A stretch of DNA of 51,577 nucleotides from an uncultured Erysipelotrichaceae bacterium (GCA_902795755.1 CADBMO010000058.1:1-51577), one strand, 5' to 3'; shown: positions 28,397 to 37,396, counted from the stretch's first letter. Translations and numbers: made by a program. The notes: generated from the sequence alone by a model not told the origin.

Positions 28397-29767
28397 CTAA
28401 AACTTTATTCTTTCATTTATATAATCAATAACTTCACTAACAGGTAATGTAATTTGTTTCATGGTATCCCTATCTCTAATTGTAACAGTGTTATTATTAA
28501 TTGTTTCATCATCTATTGTTATACACCATGGCGTACCAATTACATCTTGTCTTCTATATCTTTTACCAATTGAGCCAGTTTCATCATATGTACACATAAA
28601 TTCTTTTGAAAGCATATTAAATAATTCTTCTGCTTTATCGGTATGATATTTTTTAACAAGTGGTAATACTGCTACTTTATAAGGTGCAATAGCTGGATGA
28701 AAATGCATAACTTCTCTAGTATCATTTTCTAATGTTTCCTCTTCATATGCTTCGCATAGAAGCGCTAGCGTTAATCTATCTGCACCAATAGAGTATTCAA
28801 TTACATTTGGTATAAACTTCTCGTTAGTTTCTGGATCTTGATAATCCATTTTTTTGCCGGAAAATTCACTATGTCTAGAAAGATCCCAAGTACCACGATG
28901 ATGAATACCATTTAACTCTTCCCAACCTATTGGAAATTTATACTGTATATCACATGCAGCTTTTGCATAGTGTGCTAACTTATCATGATCATGATATCTT
29001 AATTTATCTTTATCTAAACCTAAATCAGTAATAAAATCAAATGCTCTTTTTTTATAATCATTAAAGAAATTCATACTATCTTTTTCGTGACAAAACTTTT
29101 GCAATTCCATTTGTTCAAATTCAATTGTTCTAAATAAAAAGTTACCAGGAGTTATCTCATTTCTAAAACTTTTACCAATTTGTGCTATTGCAAAAGGTAT
29201 TTTAGCTCTTGCTGTTCTTTGTACGTTAAGATAATTAACATATTCACCCTGACAAGTTTCGGGTCTTAAATATACCGCATCTTTTTCAGCTTCTATTGTT
29301 CCTCTTGATGTCTCGAACATAAGTTTAAATTGCCTTATTTCAGACCAATCAAATCCTTTACAATTAGGACAAGTAATGTGATTTTCATCAATATATTTTT
29401 CCATTTCTTCATTTGTCATTGCCTCTGCGGCAACTTCTCCTTTAGAAAAATCTTCAATTAAGTTATCTGCTCTAAATCTTTGTTTACATTTTTTACAATC
29501 CATCTTAGGATCAGAAAATGATCCAACATGGCCAGAAGCTTCCCAAACTCTTGGATTCATTAATATTGCTGCATCTACCCCATATGTTTTTGGATCTTCT
29601 TGAACAAATCTTTTCCACCATGCCTTTTTTACATTATTTTTTAATTCGACTCCAACTGGTCCAAAATCCCAAGTATTTGCAAAACCATCATATATTTCAC
29701 TTCCAGGAAATACAAAACCATATTGTTTACATACGTTTACTATTTTATCCATTGTTACTTTTTCCAC
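28397..29767 (-). CDS. glyQS: glycine--tRNA ligase (alpha2 homodimeric type)
   Basis: GFVFPGSEIYDGFANTWDFGPVG and class II motifs. GTG start at 29767 with GGAGG 8 nt upstream, inside the 3' end of the preceding ORF. Confidence 0.95.
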   Translation of the reverse strand: MEKVTMDKIVNVCKQYGFVFPGSEIYDGFANTWDFGPVGVELKNNVKKAWWKRFVQEDPKTYGVDAAILMNPRVWEASGHVGSFSDPKMDCKKCKQRFRADNLIEDFSKGEVAAEAMTNEEMEKYIDENHITCPNCKGFDWSEIRQFKLMFETSRGTIEAEKDAVYLRPETCQGEYVNYLNVQRTARAKIPFAIAQIGKSFRNEITPGNFLFRTIEFEQMELQKFCHEKDSMNFFNDYKKRAFDFITDLGLDKDKLRYHDHDKLAHYAKAACDIQYKFPIGWEELNGIHHRGTWDLSRHSEFSGKKMDYQDPETNEKFIPNVIEYSIGADRLTLALLCEAYEEETLENDTREVMHFHPAIAPYKVAVLPLVKKYHTDKAEELFNMLSKEFMCTYDETGSIGKRYRRQDVIGTPWCITIDDETINNNTVTIRDRDTMKQITLPVSEVIDYINERIKF

Positions 29768-30521
29768 TTTTAATTCCTCCTTTTAACACAAGTTTATTAC
29801 TATCTTTATGAACCTTGCCATTATGTTCATATACCGCTCTTCCTATGGCACTTTCTACATAAACTGATGGATTTTCAACCATAATGTTTACATTCCCAAT
29901 ATCAATCGAAATATTTCTAATTTTATTTTTAATTTCTTTTTCCATTAATGCTATACAATTACTATTTGAAAGTATTGTTTTTATTGCTTCGTACGAGAAT
30001 AAACTATCATCAATTTTATATGTATCTGATAAAATAAAGAGCACTTTTTTTCCATCATTTACATAATAACTAGTATCATTATTTTTAAATACAAACTCAT
30101 ATTTTTGTTTATTAAATCGTAACATTTTTTCTAAAAATTCGTTTCTAGATAAACAATAATTTGTACCAATTATTTCTAATAATGACTTCTTATTATTTAG
30201 CCCTACTAGATTAAGATTAATTTTTGGACTATCACAAATATCAACATAGTTTTTTTCTAAATACATAACTAAGTTGTTTGCCTTATATGATAATAATCTT
30301 ATATTTTTAGATAATAATATAGATTTTAATAATGCATATGTTTTATCATTAGTTTTATTTAATATATCATCATAATAATCAGCAATGCTAGTGTTTATAT
30401 CATTATTCATAAGCATATATGCGTTTTTAACTCCTATATACTCTTTATTCTTTTTGCCAATTTTTAACGCATCCCACCTTTGGCTTAATAATATCTTGGG
30501 ATCGTTTGTCTCATTAAACAT
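29745..30521 (-). CDS. hypothetical protein (258 aa), first gene of the T-box-controlled operon
   Basis: GAGGTGA RBS. Long open frame in stop-rich AT DNA. Overlaps the glyQS start by 23 nt. No family recognised. Confidence 0.65.
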   Translation of the reverse strand: MFNETNDPKILLSQRWDALKIGKKNKEYIGVKNAYMLMNNDINTSIADYYDDILNKTNDKTYALLKSILLSKNIRLLSYKANNLVMYLEKNYVDICDSPKINLNLVGLNNKKSLLEIIGTNYCLSRNEFLEKMLRFNKQKYEFVFKNNDTSYYVNDGKKVLFILSDTYKIDDSLFSYEAIKTILSNSNCIALMEKEIKNKIRNISIDIGNVNIMVENPSVYVESAIGRAVYEHNGKVHKDSNKLVLKGGIKSGKSNNG

Positions 30522-30537
30522 AATATCACCTCAAAAC

Positions 30538-30650
30538 AAAAAAACTTCTAAAATTATGTAGGGGTGATAAATACCACGGTTCCACCCTACTTATTCTAGA
30601 AGAATCACTCATTAATACTGCTGTTGGGTTTCCAAGCCCGTCATCGCACT
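30538..30650 (-). promoter_or_regulatory. T-box riboswitch leader (glycine-type, unusually short)
   Basis: Minus-strand RNA has the GA-motif UGCGAUGA (30648-30641) and the T-box sequence GUAGGGUGGAACCGUGG (30590-30574) with bulge UGGA. Helix GUAGGG/CCCUAC, then UAGAAG plus U7 (30550-30538). An extended -10 TGTTATAAT lies at 30668-30660. Confidence 0.75.
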
Positions 30651-30705
30651 TATGAATACATTATAACATATTACTAATTGTATTACCACTATATTTTATT
30701 CTATT

Positions 30706-31446
30706 TTACGAATTTTGTAACGTTTCCATACTTTTTAAAAAATTTTTACTTTTTAAATATAAGCCTGTATATCTATCATAGTATTCATCAATAAACGTAT
30801 TAATCTCACTTTTAACTAAGTTAGAAACATCAAGTTTACTTATCTTAGATATATCAACATATTTTAACATTCTAATTATTTTAATAGTTTTTTTAGAAAC
30901 TATATAATCATCATTCGCATGTTCTTTACATACAAAGCCACCCTTATAAGATGACAATGTTATAATATTTTGCCTACCACAAACAACACACCCATTAAGA
31001 TTTGGTTCAATACCTAAATACGATAAATATTTTAATTCAAGAATGTTTGTAATTAGCATTGGATCAAAACCATCTTCTATTTTTAATATAGCTGCTATCA
31101 AATTATCAAAAACATCATTTTTATATGTTTGTTTTAATACTTGTGATGTTAAATCACATAAAAAATTAATATATGATATTTTAACGATATCTTTTTTTAT
31201 ATTTTTTAAAGGATTAATAATACTTGCTGAAACTAAAGTACTTAGTTTGTTTTCTTTGTATACTATGTCAAAGTATGCGTAAGTAAAATTCTCAGAAACA
31301 CTTCTTAAATCACTTTTTAATCTTTTAGAACCTTTAGCAAGTACGTTAATTAACCCATATTCTTTAGTAATTATATTAAGTATTTCACTTGATTCTTTGT
31401 AATCTTTATCACTTGCAACAACACCGCATACTCTAACTACTTCCAT
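30706..31446 (-). CDS. recO: DNA repair protein RecO
   Basis: 246 aa with an OB-fold N-terminus and the CVVCGR...CKEH zinc motif. era-yqzL-recO synteny. Confidence 0.9.
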   Translation of the reverse strand: MEVVRVCGVVASDKDYKESSEILNIITKEYGLINVLAKGSKRLKSDLRSVSENFTYAYFDIVYKENKLSTLVSASIINPLKNIKKDIVKISYINFLCDLTSQVLKQTYKNDVFDNLIAAILKIEDGFDPMLITNILELKYLSYLGIEPNLNGCVVCGRQNIITLSSYKGGFVCKEHANDDYIVSKKTIKIIRMLKYVDISKISKLDVSNLVKSEINTFIDEYYDRYTGLYLKSKNFLKSMETLQNS

Positions 31447-31447
31447 A

Positions 31448-31531
31448 TTACTTATCCTTTCTTTTATATTCTAAATAGTACATTATGTCACCAGTTTTAC
31501 AAAACATTTCCCATAATCTATCTTTATTCAT
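31448..31531 (-). CDS. yqzL: YqzL-family small protein (27 aa), not in the ORF track
   Basis: GGAG RBS 8 nt before the ATG at 31531. MNKDRLWEMFCKTGDIMYYLEYKRKDK matches the W..F..TG.I..YL.YK pattern of YqzL. Same position between era and recO as in B. subtilis. Confidence 0.6.
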   Translation of the reverse strand: MNKDRLWEMFCKTGDIMYYLEYKRKDK

Positions 31532-31571
31532 ATTATCATCTCCAATAATATATTGGTATGAATAAATATAT

Positions 31572-32459
31572 TTATTCGTTAATATCGTAAAAACCTAATT
31601 CTTTTAAGTATTTTTCTTTATCTCTCCAATTTTTAATTGTTTTAACGTATAAATCTAAATGTACCTTTTTATTAGAAGCTTGCTCTATATCAGTTCTGGC
31701 CTTTATACCAATTTCCTTAAGCATTGATCCTTGTTTACCAATTATTATACTTTTTAGATTATCACGTTCAACTATTATAACAACGCTTGCAACTATCTTA
31801 TTATCATCTTCAACGTATTTTTCAGTAACACATGTTACGGCGTGTGGAACTTCTTCATGCGTTAATCTAAGTACTTTTTCCCTAACGATTTCTGATATTC
31901 TAAATTCTTTTGATGTGTTTGTTAACTCGCTATCTGGAAAATACTTTATATTATCTGGTAAATAATTTTTTAAAACCTTTATTAATTCATTAGTGTTCTT
32001 ACCTTTTAAAGCAGATACTGGAATGATTTCTTTAAAATCATATAAATCTTTATATTTAACTATTAATTTTATTAATTCTTCATTATTTATCTTGTCGACT
32101 TTATTAAGTACTAAAAAAACAGGCTTATTACTATCTTTTATCTTATTTAGTACAAATTCATCTCCTCGACCATATGGCATTGTAACATCAATTAAAAACA
32201 GTATTATATCAACATCATCTATTGAATAATATGCCTCATCATTTAATCTCTGTCCAAGTTTATGAACTGGTTTATGAATACCAGGAGTATCTACAAATAC
32301 TATTTGAGTGCCCGAATCATTATATATACCTTGAATTGTATTACGTGTAGTTTGTGCTTTGTTTGACGTAATTGCAATTTTATAACCTACCAAATTATTT
32401 ATTAAGGTTGACTTACCTACGTTAGGTCTTCCAATAATACTAACAAAACCTGATTTCAT
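31572..32459 (-). CDS. era: GTPase Era
   Basis: G1 GRPNVGKST, G3 DTPG, NKVD, C-terminal KH domain. Confidence 0.95.
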   Translation of the reverse strand: MKSGFVSIIGRPNVGKSTLINNLVGYKIAITSNKAQTTRNTIQGIYNDSGTQIVFVDTPGIHKPVHKLGQRLNDEAYYSIDDVDIILFLIDVTMPYGRGDEFVLNKIKDSNKPVFLVLNKVDKINNEELIKLIVKYKDLYDFKEIIPVSALKGKNTNELIKVLKNYLPDNIKYFPDSELTNTSKEFRISEIVREKVLRLTHEEVPHAVTCVTEKYVEDDNKIVASVVIIVERDNLKSIIIGKQGSMLKEIGIKARTDIEQASNKKVHLDLYVKTIKNWRDKEKYLKELGFYDINE

Positions 32460-32506
32460 AATTTCACCTCATATATATTATACATTTATAAAAGAAAAAA
32501 GACAAA

Positions 32507-34459
32507 TTAATTATTTGCCTTTTTCTTCTTATTTAAAAGTATTATTTCTATAATAATTATTATTAATAATATAATATTTATACAAATAAGTATCCAAAAA
32601 CTACAGTTACTTTTCTCATTTGAAATATTAACCTTATTTACAAAGTTTTTTGCCTTTGTTGTTTTTATTTTATTAACTGTTGTACTCACTTTACTAGTTT
32701 CTGTATTATTATTCATAATTGATTTAAAAGAAGTTCTAGATGCTTTTACAGTAGTAACTTTTTTAGTAGTACCTCTTTTAATTTCTTGTTTTTTTGTAGT
32801 AGTAGTTGTCGTAGTATTTAATTTTTTCAAATCATCTTTACTAACAGTTATTAAAGGTCTTACACCAGCACGTGTATTTTCCTCTTCAATGTTATAAGCA
32901 TCTACTACATTAGAATTATCAATAACCATTGCTATTGATGTAGCTTCTTCTGGATCTAAAACTAAACCGGCCGTCCAATAATTACCTTTGCTATACCAAC
33001 TAGGTATTTCTAAACCACCAGTATTAATATTAATAAATAAATCTATTATATCTTGGTAATCAAGCAATGTACCTTCAATTGAATTCATGTTTGTATTTTT
33101 CTTTAAATAATTCACATAATTATTAACATACTTATAAACTTCACTATTACTATTATAAACATATCCATATTCAGTAGTATCTCCAAACATTGTAACAGAT
33201 TTTAAATAACTATTATCAAAATTACCGTCACTATCTTGCCAATAATAATATTGTTCACCATTTTTTTTAATAGCAAAATCTACAACACCAACATCTTTTT
33301 GATATTCATCATCAATAAATCCTTTAGCATTACTATTTTGAATTCCATAACCAGGATCTGATTCAGTTATAGGAGTATGTGTATCATCAACATCATCAAA
33401 TATTTCACCAACGTATAAGTTATACTTTGGTAAAAGTTTAACAGTATCATCTTCTTGTTTAATTACATTAAATGATTCTCCTGCCAATTCAACTTTTTGA
33501 CCTTTTACATAATTATCATCATTAAATCCTCTATTATCTGGTATTTGTTCTTTATTAATTTCAATAACAGGTCTTACACCATAGAGAGTATTATTATAAT
33601 AATCATTATAAATCAATTCTGGGTCTGCAATACCAAATTTAGCGGTTGAAGGCCTTAAAACACCTCCTTGGCTACCTTCTTTTACAGATAATGCGTAACC
33701 AAGCCAATAAGATGAGTTTCTTAAAAAGCTAAAATCTTTATCAAGGTTAGCTTTTTGCTTTCCGCCACCTTCTATATAATTAGCAAATGCTTCATTAGAT
33801 ACATCTACACCTTGATTCAAATAAAATAAATCATTATAATTAATTAATCTTATATTAAAATCGAATCCCATTTCATTTAATCTATCTTTATAATTATCAA
33901 CATATTTACTGAATATTGCATTAGAATCATATATGTAAGAGATATGTTGTGTTGATGTACCACTTACAAAAGATACTTCTTCTTTATAACCATTTTTTAC
34001 CACATAATTTTGTTCATCCCAATAATAAATTCCAACTTTATCATCTAAAAATCCAACTACACCAACATACTCATCACTATCCTCAACATAGCCTTTTGCC
34101 TCTTCACTTTGAAGGCCATAACCATCTGTACTTTCTAAGATTTCTGTTAATGAATTATCATTTGCGTTATAAACGTTACCAACAAGCAAATTATATTTTG
34201 AAAGTGCAACCACACTATCTCCTTTATCCCTAATTGTTATAAAACATTCAGTATTTAAGCAAAATTCATCACCAATGTCATAATTATTAGAAACGTTTCC
34301 TTTAAGCTTAATAATATCTAATTTATATGCTCCTACTATTAATAACGCTATTATTATAACAGTACATATTATACACATTATAATACTGGTCTTTTTCAAT
34401 TTTGTATCTGCAAGCTTAGGTCTCCCCACACTTCTTTTTTTATTTGTTTTGTCCTTCAT
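32507..34459 (-). CDS. VGRPKLAD-motif surface protein (paralog B) with duplicated ectodomain, Thr-rich linker and C-terminal TM anchor
   Basis: Start at the ATG at 34459. MKDKTNKKRSVGRPKLADTKLKKTSIIMCIICTVIIIALLIVG. Two tandem modules of about 230 aa, each ending in GVRP(V/L)I. TTTTTTT linker. C-terminal WILICINIILLIIIIIEIILL-NKKKK. Confidence 0.8.
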   Translation of the reverse strand: MKDKTNKKRSVGRPKLADTKLKKTSIIMCIICTVIIIALLIVGAYKLDIIKLKGNVSNNYDIGDEFCLNTECFITIRDKGDSVVALSKYNLLVGNVYNANDNSLTEILESTDGYGLQSEEAKGYVEDSDEYVGVVGFLDDKVGIYYWDEQNYVVKNGYKEEVSFVSGTSTQHISYIYDSNAIFSKYVDNYKDRLNEMGFDFNIRLINYNDLFYLNQGVDVSNEAFANYIEGGGKQKANLDKDFSFLRNSSYWLGYALSVKEGSQGGVLRPSTAKFGIADPELIYNDYYNNTLYGVRPVIEINKEQIPDNRGFNDDNYVKGQKVELAGESFNVIKQEDDTVKLLPKYNLYVGEIFDDVDDTHTPITESDPGYGIQNSNAKGFIDDEYQKDVGVVDFAIKKNGEQYYYWQDSDGNFDNSYLKSVTMFGDTTEYGYVYNSNSEVYKYVNNYVNYLKKNTNMNSIEGTLLDYQDIIDLFININTGGLEIPSWYSKGNYWTAGLVLDPEEATSIAMVIDNSNVVDAYNIEEENTRAGVRPLITVSKDDLKKLNTTTTTTTKKQEIKRGTTKKVTTVKASRTSFKSIMNNNTETSKVSTTVNKIKTTKAKNFVNKVNISNEKSNCSFWILICINIILLIIIIIEIILLNKKKKANN

Positions 34460-34558
34460 ATCTTCACATCCTATCATTATATATGATACATCAAAACTCA
34501 ATTTTTAGTCAACAAACTCATCTATATAATTGTAAAAAAAATGTAAAAAAAAAGCAGA

Positions 34559-34846
34559 TTATTCTGCTTCTTCATTTTCACTAGTAAGTGATGTAAGTAT
34601 ACCTTCAATAAGTTTCCATTCTTCATCCGTTTCAATAGGTAAAAGAACTGGATTTTCTTCTTCTGGATTAAATATTGATGCAAATACTTTAGTATTTCCA
34701 TCATCATCTAAAGTATTATCAGTATATGCAATATAATTCTTTTTTGTTTTTTCATCTTCATAAGTAAACAAAACTTCGCATTTTACCTCTTTACCATCAT
34801 CACCTATTACTGTAAATGTATTTTCTTCTTTTACTTCGTTATTCAT
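34559..34846 (-). CDS. DUF1292 family protein (YrzB-like)
   Basis: 95 aa, acidic. Pattern FTVIGDDGKEVKCEVLFTYEDE...YIAYTD. ireB-ruvX-yrzB synteny. Confidence 0.8.
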   Translation of the reverse strand: MNNEVKEENTFTVIGDDGKEVKCEVLFTYEDEKTKKNYIAYTDNTLDDDGNTKVFASIFNPEEENPVLLPIETDEEWKLIEGILTSLTSENEEAE

Positions 34847-34847
34847 A

Positions 34848-35270
34848 TTATTCTCCCTTCTTTTTATCTAAATAATTTTGTAAAATTATTGTAGCTGCTA
34901 CGGTATCTACTTTTTCTTTTCTTTTCTTTCTTGAAATATCTGCATCTATCAGTACTTTATTTGCACTAACAGACGATAACCTCTCATCTTGCTCTTCAAT
35001 TGGAAAATCAAAAACAGTTCTTAAATATGAGACAAAATCTCTAGTGCGATTTACGGCGTCTCCAAGTGTATTATTCATATTTTTTGGAAGACCTATTACA
35101 ATTTTTTTTGCCTGATACTCATCAATAATCTTTTTTAAATCATTAATTATTTCTTTAGGATTATTTTCACTAAATCGTAACGTCGTTAAACCTGTTGATA
35201 TTGTTTCAGTTAAATCACTTACGGCTATTCCAAGTGTTTTTGTACCCAAATCTAATCCAATTATTCTCAT
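34848..35270 (-). CDS. ruvX: putative pre-16S rRNA nuclease / Holliday-junction-resolvase-like YqgF
   Basis: MRIIGLDLGTKTLGIAVSD... with the RNase H-like fold motifs. Confidence 0.9.
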   Translation of the reverse strand: MRIIGLDLGTKTLGIAVSDLTETISTGLTTLRFSENNPKEIINDLKKIIDEYQAKKIVIGLPKNMNNTLGDAVNRTRDFVSYLRTVFDFPIEEQDERLSSVSANKVLIDADISRKKRKEKVDTVAATIILQNYLDKKKGE

Positions 35271-35512
35271 TTACTTAGATATTCCTTAATTAAAATTTCA
35301 AGAATTTTACTTCTATCTATTTTTAAAATTTTGTTTCTAGCTTCTTTATGATTAGAAATATAACCAGGATCTCCACTCATTAAATAACCAACTAATTGAT
35401 TAACAGGATTATATCCCCTTTCTTCAAGCGCTTCACATACTTCCTTAATAGTTTCTTTTACTAAGGCTTCGTTTATGTTTTCTATATTAAATAAATAAGT
35501 TGTTGATGACAT
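35267..35512 (-). CDS. ireB: IreB family regulatory phosphoprotein (UPF0297)
   Basis: 81 aa. RGYNPVNQLVGYLMSGDPGYISNHKEARN is the family signature. Confidence 0.85.
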   Translation of the reverse strand: MSSTTYLFNIENINEALVKETIKEVCEALEERGYNPVNQLVGYLMSGDPGYISNHKEARNKILKIDRSKILEILIKEYLSK

Positions 35513-35576
35513 ATTATCACTCCTATCTTTATTATGTTATTATTCTACCATTTATTGCAAAAAATATCAATAAAGA

Positions 35577-35906
35577 TTAAACATTTAATAACGATAATAT
35601 TTTTGGTAAAAACACGTATAGTCCAACTACAACAGATGTAAACGCAGAAAGAACAACTGCACCCGCTGCAACATCTTTTGCAACCATTGCTAACTCTTTA
35701 AACTTGTTGGTATATGCATCCACTGCTAATTCAATAGAAGAATTAAATAATTCTGTCGTTATCACAAAGCTTATAACAAATATAATTAACATCCACTCAT
35801 AAAGATTAAGTTTCAATATTACTGAAGCAATAATAACAATTATAGATACACATATGTGAATTAGTAAGTTTTGTTCTCTATTAAAAAATGATACTATTTT
35901 TTTCAT
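35577..35906 (-). CDS. diacylglycerol/undecaprenol kinase family protein, short paralog
   Basis: 109 aa. ELFNSSIELAVD and the three-TM layout of DgkA, but without the N-terminal amphipathic segment. Confidence 0.7.
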   Translation of the reverse strand: MKKIVSFFNREQNLLIHICVSIIVIIASVILKLNLYEWMLIIFVISFVITTELFNSSIELAVDAYTNKFKELAMVAKDVAAGAVVLSAFTSVVVGLYVFLPKILSLLNV

Positions 35907-35908
35907 AT

Positions 35909-36346
35909 CTACCTAAATAATGCTATTATTTTTGGTAAGAAAACAACCATCCACATACCAAATGCAGTTATATTTGCAACAAAACATGCAGCGGATGCGG
36001 TATCCTTAGCAACTTTTGCGAGCGGATGATATTCACCAGTTACCAAATCTACAACGGCTTCGATTGATGTATTTATTAATTCAGTAACTAATATTAAATT
36101 ACCCATTACAAGTGTAATAACCCACTGAATTGCTGAAATGTGAAAACCAAATCCACAAGCAATGACAATAATCATTGCAATAACATGTAGTGCTAAGCTT
36201 TGTTCATGCAAGTATGCATATTTTAAACCATCAAAAGAAAATTTAAAACTCTTGCCAATTCTTTTTAGTCCTAACTTTTTTAATTCTAATGATTCTACGT
36301 ATTTACCTCTAGATATTTCTACTTTAACTTTCTTTTTTGATGCCAT
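35909..36346 (-). CDS. dgkA: diacylglycerol kinase / undecaprenol kinase DgkA
   Basis: 145 aa. FKFSFDGLKYAY, ELINTSIEAVVD, AKDTASAA motifs. Downstream of ybeY as in Bacillus. Confidence 0.85.
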   Translation of the reverse strand: MASKKKVKVEISRGKYVESLELKKLGLKRIGKSFKFSFDGLKYAYLHEQSLALHVIAMIIVIACGFGFHISAIQWVITLVMGNLILVTELINTSIEAVVDLVTGEYHPLAKVAKDTASAACFVANITAFGMWMVVFLPKIIALFR

Positions 36347-36770
36347 ATTCTTCTAACAACTCCTTCTGTAAACTAAACATTTTTATTTCATCTTCTTTAT
36401 TCATATGATCATATCCTAATAAATGTAATAAGCCATGAATTTGTAAAAAGCATAATTCCCTAATTATACTATGTCCATAGTCTTTTGCTTGTTTTAATGC
36501 CATGTCGTATGATATATAAATGTCGCCTAACACTCTAATATCAGTAGCATTATATTCTTTTTCGTCTTCTAAAGCAAAAGATATTACATCAGTTGCTCTA
36601 TCTATACCACGATATTTTTTATTTATCTCATGGATATCATCATCGTTTATAATTATAACATTAAATAATACGTTTTTCAATTTAAGTTTCTTTACGGAAA
36701 AATCTATAAAATCATTCATTATGTCAATATATTTTTTCTCAACACCATAATTATCTATTAACTCAATCAT
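36324..36770 (-). CDS. ybeY: rRNA maturation endoribonuclease YbeY
   Basis: HGLLHLLGYDH zinc-binding motif, 148 aa. Confidence 0.93.
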   Translation of the reverse strand: MIELIDNYGVEKKYIDIMNDFIDFSVKKLKLKNVLFNVIIINDDDIHEINKKYRGIDRATDVISFALEDEKEYNATDIRVLGDIYISYDMALKQAKDYGHSIIRELCFLQIHGLLHLLGYDHMNKEDEIKMFSLQKELLEEYGIKKES

Positions 36771-37384
36771 AAATTAATTCCCCCCAACAATAATCTATAT
36801 AAAGCATACATAATAATTGCTGTAACTATAACTGCAAGTATATCTAAAACGATATCTTTTTTCATAAAAGATGGTACTTTGTGCATAAAAGCATTTATTA
36901 AACAATAAATTATATATCCTACTAGCGCTCCAAAAGTATTTAAAATTACGTCATCTACATCACCTGTTCTACCTATTGCAATTTGTGCAAATTCAATGCC
37001 ACATGACGCAATTAAACCAAGTATAATAATTGGAATAAAAGTCTTATTCTTTAATAAATAACTAACAAATAGCCCAAATGGTACAAATAACAATATATTA
37101 CCGAAAACATTTTTAATAAATAATCTTGATGTTATGTTATATCTAAATATTTCTCTAAAAGGAACCCAGTTATTAGTACCATAATTATTATCTTGAAATG
37201 TAACAACATAATATAGTAGTAATATGTATATTATAAAACATAACATAAGTAGTTCTTTACGTAAAATAAATTTTTGCTTATTAATTATCAAATAAAATAT
37301 TCTAACAGACACAATAATTATTGTAAAAATAAATATCATTGGCCAAATATTAGATAAAGCATCTAATAGTATTCTAATAAACAT
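36767..37384 (-). CDS. VanZ family membrane protein
   Basis: NILLFVPFG ... EFAQIAIGRTGDVDDVILNTFGALVGY is typical VanZ. Confidence 0.8.
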   Translation of the reverse strand: MFIRILLDALSNIWPMIFIFTIIIVSVRIFYLIINKQKFILRKELLMLCFIIYILLLYYVVTFQDNNYGTNNWVPFREIFRYNITSRLFIKNVFGNILLFVPFGLFVSYLLKNKTFIPIIILGLIASCGIEFAQIAIGRTGDVDDVILNTFGALVGYIIYCLINAFMHKVPSFMKKDIVLDILAVIVTAIIMYALYRLLLGGINL

Positions 37385-37396
37385 AACATACCTCTT

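Noticed and set aside
34522-34707. 61-aa minus-strand ORF overlapping the DUF1292 gene in another frame.
   Set aside because: The overlapping 95-aa frame has the clear DUF1292 signature and proper ruvX-coupled context. The 61-aa frame is Lys/Leu low complexity and runs through the terminator hairpin.
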